A DNA stretch of 64,000 nucleotides from Ophelia neglecta (taxonomy: Eukaryota): contig OZ260664.1 of assembly GCA_965285935.1 (NCBI GenBank), forward strand, positions 76,322,001 through 76,386,000, given 5' to 3'. The position numbers and the translations under genes are program-made. Below are positions 1-13,600 of the stretch, in pieces; positions within the stretch are counted from its first letter, which is position 1; each line of letters begins with the position of its first letter. The notes beneath the pieces were generated by a model that searched no databases, was not told where the DNA came from, and saw nothing but the letters and a program-made list of their open reading frames with translations.

Positions 1-12
1 TTGTTCACATAC

Positions 13-3000
13 TTTAGTGTCTAGGAATGTGTCTTTTGGCTTCCCAGCAATGTTAAAAGATCCCTTATAAAGAGCTGGCTGAGATGGCCGACTGGCATCA
101 GACTGGCGTATGGCCTGCCAATATGGGGACTCCTCTGCCCTGTAAACATAAATGTATGTAAATAAATTAGCGATTGGACTACAAATTGGTGCAATTGACC
201 TTTCATACATGCTCATCTCTTGTTTGAATGACATGTGTGTAACAAATTTCTTTAGTCATCACCGCAAATAAAATGCCACAAAGAGGCGGAGCTTATCTGG
301 ATATTTCAAATAATCTAGAATATTCTGGAATAAATGAGACAGATATCTGCATTGGATCAGCTGACATCTACAACAATATTCTTGTTTATTAGTCTGTAGC
401 CATATGAGATTCTATTGCATGCTATTAATCAGTGAAGTATGCAGTTTGTTCATTAGGTGGAATAGTACGGAGCCTATTTTAGGCTGTCCTTTCAATAATG
501 TGTTATGCAGTACTGTTGTTACCCAGAAAAAGCAAAATTTGGCACTATATGCACCAAATTAGATCCTTAAGAACGAAAAACCAGTTCATATAACATTTAG
601 ACAAAGCTGCTAAAATCTAATGTGAGAATTGCTACTGTCAAACATGATATTTTCACTGTATCAATTTTCACAACACAGGCACTTGTGGCATGTTATTTTC
701 TTGAAAAGTAAAAAGAGGTATTGGAAGTAAATGGTGTATGAAATGCGAAAATTAAGTGCATGCAAATGGGTCATGTTCCACAGTTTAATGTAGTGAAGGC
801 CATAATCATGACATTAACCTCTCTACTTAACATAATTAACAGCATGTTTATAATAAACATATGATTTCAGAGGTCAAGCTTATTACCTATTGATAAATTT
901 CTCTTTGAACTGAAGAGAAAATATTTCCCAGTTAGAAATCAGGGAGCCATCTACCATCACAGACTTAGCCTTCAGCCCTGAAAACATACAGCAGTTTAAT
1001 AGAAAAATTCACTGAGAACAGGCTCAATCTTTAAATGACAAGCAGCTGATATATCATCATAAAACTTCTGGATTTTACCTTTTCTTTGTTCATTCAGCAC
1101 ATTGCTACCAAAACCAGCATAGTTGACTCTTCCAAGATTCTCAACAAGTATGTCCAAAACATTTTCTTGCTGGAAAAAAAATAATTTAGTCAATATAAAT
1201 CGTCAAATGCTGCCCGTACAAAAACAAAACACCTATTAATGCTAATGATTTTTAGCCTTTTCATTCAAAAATACCCAGCCAATAAAGACCCCTAAATGCT
1301 TGCAAACTGCTCCTTTTAATCTTTGCATCTGCACTACTGCCTTGATTGGAAGTAGAGTAAAGACAAGATAACAATGCCCGAGGCCCTTTTTTATTGAGGT
1401 TATCAAAATGTGACATATTGTGTTGTCTTGTTCCTAGAGTCATATGTGACATTTACAAGCAATAAACTACATTCCTTTAATTAAATGTGTTTCAAATCTG
1501 CCCACCTTCCAGTTTACATGGCTGTTTTGGTAGGTCAGTGTCCTGTTTACTCCACTCCAGTCAACAGTGTGAGTTTCAACACCATTCACCAAAATCTGAA
1601 ATAGGAAAACACAGTGGAACTCTAAACTTTCCATACACTTGTAAATGGTCCCATTTAATATAATTCTTTTGCACAAGGAAAAATATCATGGCAATGAAAA
1701 TATGCAGCAACGTACCGATGCTCTATCTCTCACAGATCCTATGATTTTGATTTTTTTGAAATGACCTAGTCCTTTCTTTCGGTACAGAATGAAGCCATAG
1801 CCTTGGCCTCCTCCATTGTTGATATCCAGCATTTCCATGGGAAGAAGGTCAGGATAGTTCATTGGCTTAACAGATGAGAATAACACAAACTTATACCGGT
1901 TAAGACAAGAATCAAGCCAACACAAAATACCAGGTAAATTAAGATAAAGCCATGTATTCTAGTTGATGGGAATATTATCTATGGCAGTCTTTTATTTAAG
2001 TTTTTAATATAATATTGTTAACTGACCTTTAAGATTGACAACAAATCTTCAAAATTTAGAAAATGGTTAAACTGAACCATGCCATAGGCAAATGAAGGCA
2101 ATGAAGGCAGTGGATCTGGCAATTCTACAAGTATAAAATATAGTTGGATATCATTCATTCATTATTTTCTATAATTGTCTTCATACATATACATGTGTAT
2201 ATCTTGATACAGAAGCAAGGGATTTTGTTTTGTTAAAAGGTGCCAACTTAAGATTTTAAAAATAGTTGCTGATCTTCATGTACATGCTGTTTTTCACTAG
2301 TACTTGAACTGTTCATCGAATTAAATACCACTACCCCTTGAAAATTTTCATTAGTACAGTCTAATTAGATTCTTATCAGGAAAAAGACCTTAAAAAAAAT
2401 TCAGATAATACAGTCACCAACCTTTTGGCCTTAGCATATAATTTGGAATCATGTTTCGAATGACAGTAAACTTAGCCGTTATTTCTCCACTTTCAGACAG
2501 CGGCGCATTGTAATCTGTATCCAATCACAAAAAAAAAAGTTAAGAGAGCCAATTTATTTGTACACTCATCATAGAAGAATTATTAATCAAATAATGTTAA
2601 TTTTAAATGACTGCTAAGCTGATACACTTTTTAAAACACACATGTACAGCAAACTACTTCTACTGGTCTACTTAATGTACATACATCTGTCTACAGTATT
2701 AAATAGAAGCTAAGTGTATTTAAAGCCCCTCCTATTTATAGTAAAGAACACAATTTAAAGAGTTTGGTCACATTTTATTTTATATGGACTAGGGATTCAG
2801 TATTGTCAATTATCTGTATCTGACCTACCATAGCTGGTTATTGTGGGAGCGTATGGTGCATCATTAGCCCCATTCATAAAGCCAAAGTTAGTTCCTCCAT
2901 GAAACATATAGAAGTTGACAGAAGCATCAGCATCCAATATGAACCTCAGAGATTTCCGGAACTCTGAAACATTCCAACACCTGTGCAACAGTCATTTCCA

Positions 3001-6000
3001 ATATTAAAGTATATTTTGGGAAAGTATCTTTGCATCTGCTCCTCCAGTAGAATTATTTGTTGCCCTCCTCTCAGAAATGCATAGGCTAGCATTTGTAACT
3101 ATAGTATCAAACTTTTTTAGCAGTAGATAAAGATGCAATGCTAGGTGCAAGAGGCACTCCCAAATAGGAAAGAACATTTTTATTTACTAATGTTTTATTT
3201 CCAATATACCTGCTGTAGTGACTGTATTGTGAGCTTCCCCCCAATGATCAAACCATCCAGACCAATACTCCATCACCATGAGGGGTTCAGTCGGCTGCTT
3301 CTCAAGGAGTGCATTAAATATCTCTGTTCCTCCGTCAATTCCTTTGAAATTGCCAGTCATAAGCACTGAAAAAATTCTACATATGTTACACAGGCCTAAA
3401 TACAGATTGCATGAAGCGGTTACCAACAATACTGATATATCAATATATAACTTGAAAACAATTCAAGCGGGGGAACACAATTATAATCTTGTAAATATAT
3501 TACATAAATAATCAATCATACAGTTATCAGACTTTTTATTTGCCTGATCAAACTGAAATGGTTATCAGTGTTTTGATTGATAGTATGAATGTGGCATGTA
3601 GTGCGATAGGGGCGTCTGTTCCCAGACCACTCTTTCAAACAGTTTGTATTAAGACCTGTCTGGTACTGTCAATAGATGAAATGTTACTTCTTGTATAAAA
3701 AATGGTCCAGGGCATCATGGTCCCAGAGATTATGGTCCCAAGAGCTTTTTTTTCAACTTTTCCACTTGGAACTACACAAATTCCATTATAATATAGAGCT
3801 AGTGTTATCTTACCAGCAGGGAGCGATCCTGATTTCAAACCTGATTTGTTGTCAGATGTAAAAAGTAGCTCTTTCACACCATTTTTCTGCATAGTCTGTA
3901 AAAAAAAAAAACACACACACATATAATTTGAAATATATATATAATATAGAGGAAGTTTACAGAAATGATAAGAACATTAGAAGATGTTAATTTTCCTGTA
4001 TTATACTGTTCTCAGTTTAAACGTAGAAAAGGTCAAAAGAGAGAAAAGAGACATTATTTAATTTTCTGCAAAATGTATAAGATATCAGGAATTATTTTCA
4101 CATAAGATATTTTGTCGTTCATGTATATAGTGATGACAGGAAGTTCTCTATAACTCCTATATTGTGCAAGCCCTTTTAGTTAGAGGTTTTTCTAGGAAAA
4201 CCACAAACTTAATTGGCTTGAGAAAAAATAGAAGCTCAATGATAACCTATTATTGATGCCTCCAAAACATAAATTAAAAGGCAGTGAAATAATTGTGCAC
4301 CAAAACCATGTACAACAAGGGGTGTAAAAAGTAAAGGGTTTTTCGATAGAACCTTAATGTCCAAAACCGTCAATTTTAATTCTGGTTGTCAATGAAATGA
4401 TATCTTCATTTTATCAAAGGAATTCTAACATACTTTAAAATAAATTAATAAATGCTATATCTTACATGTCGTAGCCAGCTTAGGTATGCCACTTCATCCC
4501 CATAGCCACCATATTCATTTTCAATCTGGAATGCTATAATAGGTCCTCCATTTTGATACTGAAAATAATTGTTTCAAAGCTATCATATACATATATATAC
4601 TTCTTACTTTTAAAAATCTTATAACCAACCGAGTGACCCTGCAGTTTAACTAGCTATGGGTGAGAACCATTATAGAATTTAAATGTATGGTTGGAATAGA
4701 TAGAGATTTGCTACCTCTTCAAGTAGAAAAAATTGTAGATCTTTGTTAATGGCTGAATCTTCAACATTAAGACTACCTTGGGGACATTTAGTTTGTCTGT
4801 CATTTATAAGAAATAGTGAAGATTCAGTTTTGAAACATTATATATTTTTTTTCAGGCTATTTAAATCTGTTTGACAAAGCATTTTCAAAGAATACCACAT
4901 GAACAGTAGCTGTTTGAGTATTTATAAATTATTCGTTAGTTATGAATACATTACCTGTAAGTCAATAATTTGTGGGAATAATTTTGCAAAGTATGCTTCC
5001 ACTGCATTTAAATATGGCCCATATGTGCTTCGGACTTTCATATTAGGGTCGTGGAGTAGCCAGCTGTTTAACAAGATTCAATAATATATAACAAATGAAA
5101 AAAATATATAATAATATATAATGTTATGGTAAAAGGTTTTGGAAGAATAAAAATTTTCTTTTTTCTTGCAAATGATGACACTTTGTGTGGTATATTTTGT
5201 GGCTAGAGACATGTAGGCACTTTATAGGCATGTGAATATCATATTCGTAAGTTTTAATTTCACAGCCAACTTATCTTTTGCGCATTAAATCTAGCATGAA
5301 TATTTTGAACAATATGTGTTATACTTGATGTACCTATACTTCACATTAAGCCATCAAAAGTTATTGAAAATCCAGTTTGCTTGACTTTTCTTGAAAAGTT
5401 CAAGGACCAATTGAATTCATGACATATACATGTTGATAATAAGCAAATGGCTTCCTTTTTAAGATAGGGGTCAACACAGTTGATATGTCTTTTTTTTATG
5501 TGCAATCTATTAGGATTCATTTAAATCCATCTTTCTCAATTGAACCTTGAAAAAGTGGTCAAGGCCACAAGTTGTTTCCTTGCACGACTAACCATTTGTG
5601 GACAAAACAGTGGCTTTCAAGAAATTGACTATAAAGTTTTATGAATTTGTGACTGGTCAACAGTTAAGTATAGTACACAGAGACCTGCATTTTATAAAAC
5701 TGAGTGAGGTACTTGTACGTGAATAATTCAGGCGTGTGAGCGTATAAAATTAAAGAATCACATTTTTTCAGCTTGACAGAATCAATTGTGGATGCCAGAT
5801 TAACATCTGATGGCAAATTAATAATAATTAGATTAGGCAAACAAACCAAACTTATAACTTGCTTTGAAAAACTCCAAAAGAAAATTTGAGGAACATAACA
5901 GAAAATAACAGACTGAACTATGCTTACCTAGGGAGCCCTCCAAAATCCAATTCTGCACAAATGTATGGCCCAGGTCTGATGATGACATATAGTCCTAATT

Positions 6001-8370
6001 CTTGAGCAAGTCTTACGTAGCTCCTACAACAAACATGCAAAAATCAACCAAGTCAATATAAAGAAACTATGTGATTTCAAAGTCTCAGCCCATTTTTACA
6101 TCCATCCAAATTATATTAAATAATTAAACATGGACAAAATACTACTTATAAACTGGACTGGACAGATACAATAATAATATATATTTATATATGGATGGTC
6201 ATTAAGTACACAAGCAGGGGGCTAAAAGTCTTTAGTTTGGCTAACAAATTCTTGAGGCCCCCACCCCACCCCACCGCCCCACCACTACCCATAAGATAAA
6301 AAATAATTCTAACTGTAATTCACCCCTCCTCCCCCCCCCCTCCCCCCTTACTTCTGTTGCATATCATTGCCACCACTCCAAGGATTTATTGAGGTAACAC
6401 TGCTCCCTTCTGTATTTAAAGACCAAACCCTCATAAATGTTATTTATATTATTGTCCCATTTATAGGTTCATGATTTTCTTCTTCCCATATTTTTTCTAT
6501 GCCTAAAATAGTAAAATGAGTTTAAATTCTGCAAAATTACTTGATATATTACCTGCAATAGGTGAAATGTGTATCCTTAATTAATTATACAAGAAATTAC
6601 TGCCCTAGAACACACATGTACCTTATGCTGAGCATGTCTTCAAAATTTAATTCTCCACGTATTTCTTCATGCAAATTCCATGGAACATACCTGAAAATAC
6701 ATAATTTGGGTTGTGTACCAATAAAGCGATTTCACCTGTGAAACCATGCTGATTTGACCATGGGCCATGATCAAGAGTGGCAGTTCATCTTCTACCACTG
6801 ACAAACCATGAGTTAGAGAGGTCCATATGAATGATGAGACAGTAGTAGAAGAAAGTAAGCCTCTGTTATCAATTTATTCTTTTAATGGCCAGGGTCACAG
6901 CTACCGGTATATCAGTATGTTACTGGGTCACCACCACGAAAAATCATGAATAGTGGCTAGAATCTAGCAGAGGGTATTATATTACTGGGTCAATAGGAAA
7001 ATAAACTTAAAATGAAGGGTTGTACTAAACAACGAAACCGGGCGAAACCCAGCGAAACCGAGCGAAACCGAGCATAAATATATAGAAGTGGGTGCTGAGG
7101 AGGGATTATTTGGTTGTTTTAAAGCTACAGATATACTTCAAATTAAATATCTGTCATTTTATCATTGTTTTTTTGCTAAATTATACGATTGTTGTCTCCC
7201 GTCGATCGTGAGACGATTGCAAGGAGGAAGTAATCAACTGTATAGAGTTGCGCATGCCTGAACTAATTCGGATGCCACAGTTTAGTCACAGTAGGGGGCA
7301 GTACTCGTATCTCGATGGTAGATGTTACGAAAATGTCCAAAATATGGATAAAATCGACAAAATAAGAATCCAAAATGATAAGGAGGCAAATTTATATTAG
7401 TGCGTAATACAAACGACTTGTTATATGCCCCAAATATAACTTGCTTTGGGTTGGTTTTCGGTCGCATGCCCCGTGGATACCCCAATGGCTGACATGACAA
7501 CACGATCGACGGGAGACAACCATCGTATAATTTAGCAAAAAAACAATGATAAAATGACAGATATTTAATTTGAAGTATATCTGTAGCTTTAAAACAACCA
7601 AATAACCCCTCCTCGGCACCCAGTTCTATATATTTATGCTCGGTTTCGCTCGGTTTCGCCAGGTTTCGCCCGGTTTTGTTGTTTAGTACTAGCGAAAATG
7701 AAGGCATTATCTCTTTGCCTGAATTTAGGGAGGTAGTCTTCACAAGGTCAGCAGAAATCTGACTCCACAAGAGATGTCTCTGTGGCAAAAATAAAAAATT
7801 AGGCAATTCAAGTTGGTTCTTGGCTAGGTGTATTGGTGGTAATGGGACTGCGTGTGATGGAACTGATGACAAACGGAGATATTAGCTATGGTTTCTACCC
7901 TTCAACTTTGCAGCCCGGCCTTTTACTAAATAGAAGTGCTCATTTGAAGTTCTATGTCACTTCACCTTTATGGGGAAAATCAAGATTCCTAGATGTGTAA
8001 ATATCCTTTTAATCAGTTAATGTTGACGCTCAACGTTTTAAGAAAGCACTGTCTGTTCAAAGCTCACGTGTTAAACTTACGTTTCCAATGTGTTTAGTCC
8101 AGCGGATTTCATTTTTACCATACGGTCCCTCCAAAAAGATGGCACAACTCGAAAATAATGCATTGCCCCGCTGAATATCTTCATTTTCTTGCCATCGATG
8201 AGGAAATGCCGATCCAATGTAGTGAGCCCCTTCATTTTTTCGCCGAAGTTGGTTCCTTGCTGCATTGCTGAAGTCCAAATCCATATCAAAATCAGCACAA
8301 TAGCTACAAAAAATACGATCATACGCAGGCCATGTTTTCCCCGAAACATGATGATATTTGATACTCTCAT
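13..8370 (-). CDS. GLB1L2: Beta-galactosidase-1-like protein 2/3 (glycoside hydrolase family 35), multi-exon, 3'-partial (continues beyond position 1)
   Basis: GT-AG exons with consistent phases: 8370-8081, 6690-6622, 6023-5928, 5063-4955, 4558-4466, 3895-3814, 3365-3210, 2963-2829, 2514-2422, 2124-2027, 1865-1716, 1595-1506, 1169-1079, 977-887, 139-13. GH35 motifs: [48 protein letters not shown] (acid/base), [14 protein letters not shown] (nucleophile), [27 protein letters not shown]. Hydrophobic N-terminal anchor [19 protein letters not shown]1L2 versus GLB1L3 orthology cannot be resolved here. Confidence 0.95.
7025..7686. mobile_element. MITE with ~190-bp terminal inverted repeats in GLB1L intron 1; probable TA TSD (Tc1/mariner-type)
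   Basis: 7025-~7212 (ctaaacaacgaaaccgggcgaaacc...ctcccgtcgatcgtg) is the near-perfect reverse complement of ~7501-7686. TA flanks both sides (7023-24, 7687-88). Subterminal cgaaacc repeats. ORF 7282..7872 has no recognisable homology. Confidence 0.8.
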
Positions 8371-10613
8371 GAGTATTTCTATTTGTTCCCAGATCTGCAA
8401 TAAATAACTTAAGATTTATGGCATGACAAGTGACTTTGGTATGTCGCGTTACAAAAATGTGTCGGCATTCATCCCCAGATGATGATTTGACACTTGGACG
8501 GAAGTAGATTAAACTGTATATTCCAGAACATGGGTTACCATCATCCATTACCCTTACCGCGAAAATAAATATATACTTCCGCAGCGCCATCTATAGGTAT
8601 AACGCCCGGTGTCGGGGAGGGAAGGGGGAACACAGTCGGTGACATCCTTTTAAGGGTGGGGGGTGGGGCAACTTTCCACCGTATTCCTTGCGGGGAATGG
8701 AAAGGGGGGGGGGGTAAAATACCTTCGACCAGCTGAGCATCCTGTGTCATTGTAGTGCCGGTGCGAGCGGGTGCGCCAGTTTTACCGGATCATTCAACAC
8801 TGAATTCAAGGGGGGGGGGGTTCGGGGGGTCATCGAAAAACATCTGGATGCGGACCAAATATCAGTCCACCTGGCAATAATCAGTCATCGGGGTTGACCC
8901 TAGATTTATAGGATGGTGTATATCATTTGCATCATATTATCGTATTAATAAAACGTTTTCGGAAATTGTTATAGGCCTATCATAATTTGTAATAAATATA
9001 TTATAGGCATTGATCCTTTGTTCCTTAGGGTATTTTTGTTAAATAAATTTAAAATTCTGCAATAAGCTAGGCGGGCTCGATGAGCCAAGTTAATGTCTAA
9101 ATATATCTCTTACTATATTGATAACCTCCATTGATTTCAATAATTGATTAACATATAACTTCATCATTTAATGTTAAGAAAACATTAATTTTCATAATAT
9201 TTTTATTATTATAAATTATTGTGATAGTGTTGAGCATAAGTATTTTCTTAGATAATTTTTATAAAAATATCTTTCTTTGATAAAAGAAATACTTATATAT
9301 TTAGGAAAATTTGCCGAAACATTTCATACTTAGGTTTTAGTAGCCTACCAGCCGTTATAAAACGAGACCTTAAGGCATTTATTAGGCATTTATTAGTTTA
9401 GTTAATTAGTTATTTACATGCTTCGTATGACGAACGGCATAGTGTCAACAATGATTTCAATGATTTTTTAAATTCAATGATTTTTTAAATAAAAAGAAAT
9501 GTTTTTAAATCATGACGTTTATCGTAGAACAGGTGTATATAGTCCCAGGGATCCTCTCCCACTCTGAAAGAAAAAGGATATGGCTAGGGTCGTGCGCCGA
9601 GTTGTCGCAAAGGCCGCTTTTTCGAAGAGTTTGGCTCAATTTCCCCGACCAAATGTTTGCTAAATAAAGCACGTGAAGGAGAATCACTGACCAAATAATA
9701 GCCCTGTTTTCGAGTAACAAGAATGTTAAACATACACGGTGGCCTGGCAGTTTTCTGAAATTCGAGTATATAGTTAATATTAACTTAAATACTTAAGAAG
9801 GCAACACTATAGAAAATTATTACTAATAGGCCCGTCCCGCCCCCCCCCCCTCTTTTGCCAAAAAGAGGGGTGGGGAGGTCTATTTCTGGACCCACGCAAG
9901 GTGCTTTTAGATGGTTGATTCGAACGGGGAAAATCCAGACATTTGCCTTGTCAGCCTTGGAAAATCTTGCCCCCCCCCCCTTCCTGAAATCACCGTGAAC
10001 GAAAAAAAACGGCTCATTTACTTAGTAATAGGGCCTAGGCGGGAAAATTGAAAACTTGTTTATAGGGAATTTTTTTTTAAATAATAGAATAATGGTTTTA
10101 GTTAATTTCGCGGAGGTTAAAATGGAAATACCGTTGTGGCAAAGCATCAATATATCCGTGAAAAGCAGAACGAGCAGATTGCTACCCATTTTACAGAAAT
10201 GTATATATAATTGCTTCTTTTCAAAACCTTCCATCGCCGTTAGTACGGTCCGTGTGTCGTGTCATCATTATAATAAGGATGTGAATTCTTAAGGTATTGA
10301 TCGAACGTTCTCATTGAAATGAGAAAAGAAACAAAACCAGGTCGACGCACAGCGGCGTATCGTCACTGAATAACCCATTGGTGAAATCGTGGCACGATGT
10401 TTATATACATGGTAGTGGGCTACATATGAATGAGGAAGCTAGTTTGCATTTTTAATTCGTTATTAGATCTCGTTAGAGGCATGTAACGCCAAATGTCTCA
10501 TATACAGTGCCAAATTTACCTTCTGGTTTGTGTCAATTTAATCCACATTTCTGACACTTAAAATGGTCACTACGTTGTTGGAATGAATAAACGTGAGTTA
10601 CATCCCTAATAAG

Positions 10614-13600
10614 ATGGAACTGTTCAATGTTCTGTGGGTTTTCGGTATAGTCGCTTCGACAGGTAAGTAAATGTTGATTAACATGCAGTAACACACGTAC
10701 AGCAGGCGATAGTTATAGTCAGCTGGTGTAATGTATACCTTAATTTTATTATATTAGTAAAGATAGTTATAATGATAGTTGTCTCGAACATTCTGAAAAT
10801 TGGTCGAGATGCATGTGTCCGCATGCATAAGACATAAACACGTCTATAGGCCTAGTACCAAATTATGCTCGCTTCAGGTGCCTCCCCCAGGCCCCGTTCA
10901 TGTACTCTTCTAAATCAGTAGTCAGAATATTAATTTCCTTAAAGTTTCCATTTACAATGATTCATTAATTACTTTGTTTTAATAATTACCATCTATAGCC
11001 ATGTGTAATATATTATGTTAAAATGAACGACCTTCAACATATGGAGGGGAATTTTCCTCATATTTAAACAATAATAATGCAATATCAAATATTAAATATA
11101 AAACATTTAATTTGCATTTGAACGCTTTAATAGCAAACTGCTGAAGTCAAGCACGGATTGTGCAGTATGGGATGAGGAATATGGAAAATTGAATTGACGG
11201 AGGAAAACTATAATTGGCAACTGTTAAAATGAAATGGATAACTTTGGTAATAAAGACGTCATATTAAACACGTATCATTGTACCCTAAACCGGACAAATC
11301 AACAGTTCAAAATGAAATTAAAATTAAATATATTAATGGTGATTAACGGTAGGCCTGTACGTATTCCAGATAAAATATTTCAATATCTACATTGGCTCTT
11401 CGAATGAAGAAGCTTTCAATGTCATTTGAAATTACAGTAGAATTCCCTTCCTGTTTTATCATCCAGGCACGAGTAAAGTGTGGCATTTAAAAAAGGCAGC
11501 TATAAACCTGAAACTTTAAAATGTACACGGAATATTAGGCATATATATATTTACGAAAATTTCGACCAATGCACGTCCTCCGCTTGATGAATAGAGCGAG
11601 GTAATTTCCCTAACGAGAGATAACCGATAACTTATTTTACGAGAATAATCAGCCAATTTTTGAAGCTGCCAAGATTTATGTATACCGAATTGTAAAATCA
11701 AGCGGTGACGTTCTATCATATTCTATCTTTATTATCTACTTCGTAACGACACTCCAATGGAGCGCGTTCTGTTGTCATGTGGTCCGACTCCCGGCACTAT
11801 ATAGGCCTAACGAAATTAATGTGTCAAAAGTGCACGCTATTGATGCCGTGATCACATATACGGGTTACAAAAGGTAGGCATATCCTTTCCCACACGCTAT
11901 GAATTTAGCATGCGTTAAGGTTTTTAATTAGTGTATATTTTCCAATTTTGCAGTTACAAATGGCGGACGCGCCTTGGACGAAATTGTCGAACTTGCCTTG
12001 GTCAAAATTTCAAATTATCATACTCGAATATTTTCGGTTTACACACAAGTTTGTTAAAGCTTCATGACGCATGTTTAAATTGCCTGTTTAAAGTCGAGGC
12101 TTTAGAAAGATGGATTATGAAACGTGTTATTACTTTCAAGTGGCCATTGAAAACTACTTTATACTAAGAGCCAAAGCCAATATTGGAATATTTCATCTGG
12201 AGGCGTACCGTCAATCGCCATATAAAAAAGGAATAATATGTTGTATTTTTTCTGGGTTTAAAACTAAATTGAACGTATTTATTCACTCAAGTTATTATAG
12301 TTTTATTTCAAAAAATGGCAATTAATGATTCAACTGTCAATTTAATATACCATATGTTATATTTCATATTATACATTCCATGTTTAATTTCAACAGTTGC
12401 TATTTAAAGCTTTCAAATTTAAATCTAATATTCCATATTTAATATTTCATATTGCATTATTTGTTTAAATATGAGGTAATTTATGATTTCTCGCTGTCAG
12501 TGATCAGTAGTTTGGGAGAAGTGCCCAAGAATACGGCAGCGATCCTGGGCTCTGCGGTACAGTTAAACTGCAGTGGCCCAGCAGTGAAATGGTTTAAGAA
12601 GCGGGACTCCGGGCAGGACTCCCCGTACATCAGCATCTCTGAAAACGGAGTCGTAGCTGCGCAATTTGCATCAGAATTCACCATCGTGTCCACTCATCCC
12701 GACGAGCGACATCTGCTGGTGAGTTCAGCTCAGTTACAACATGATGGAAGTTACAGGTGTGAAATGGGACAAGAAACTGCTGATGCTGAGCTGGTCATAA
12801 TAGGTATTATATTATTTACTAACTGCAAACCCGTGGCAGCAGGAGTTACCTTTTAAACAAATGAATGACCCTCCAACTTCTCTGTCCTCAACTCTTCCAC
12901 TCCTGCCCCCCCCCCTCCTGCCCCACGGGCCCCATTCCTCCCACTCCCCCCTACCGCTCCTGCCCCGCCGGGGTCCTTCCACACTATCCCCCCGGCACCC
13001 TCGATCCCTTCCACTAGTAGCCCCTCCCATCCTGCTCCGACCTATCCCCTCCCCATTGGCCCCCTCTCTTTCACTCCTGCCAACACTGCAGTGCTCTTCA
13101 GCCTTCAGCCTCAGTAGCACAAACTTTAACACGGCACCTGACAATAGGTGCACGATGTATGTAAACCTTCCTTTTGATCTCCATGGCTGGTATTTTCAGA
13201 GAGTGAGATATGTGGTAAGGGCAATTTAACTTAGTCGCTCTACAAATGTGTAGTATTATTTATTTTGATCAATTAATGTGTGAAAGACAAATTCCATGGG
13301 CGAAACCGGTGTCAACACGGGTTATCTTTAAAAGAAATGGATGAAAAATAACAGTGGTTCATTTACCCCCAAGTCCTTTGACTCGCAATTTTCCAAAAGG
13401 ACTCGCAATCTTGCACCGAAGCAATTCAGATGACTCACTCACACGATGGGTTTATAATCACATTGAGGACTCAATCACTGTTCATAAGGACTGAAATTTT
13501 GTATCCCCATCGTGGCCTAACATTCCTACATCCAAATTTCTAAAAGAATTACTGAAATAACCCCCCCCCCCCCGGGCCTCGTAATCCCACTCCTGCATCC

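Noticed and set aside
12812-13229. Pro-rich and Gly/Arg-rich ORFs on both strands
   Set aside because: Translations of C-rich low-complexity intronic sequence; not needed for the Ig gene model.
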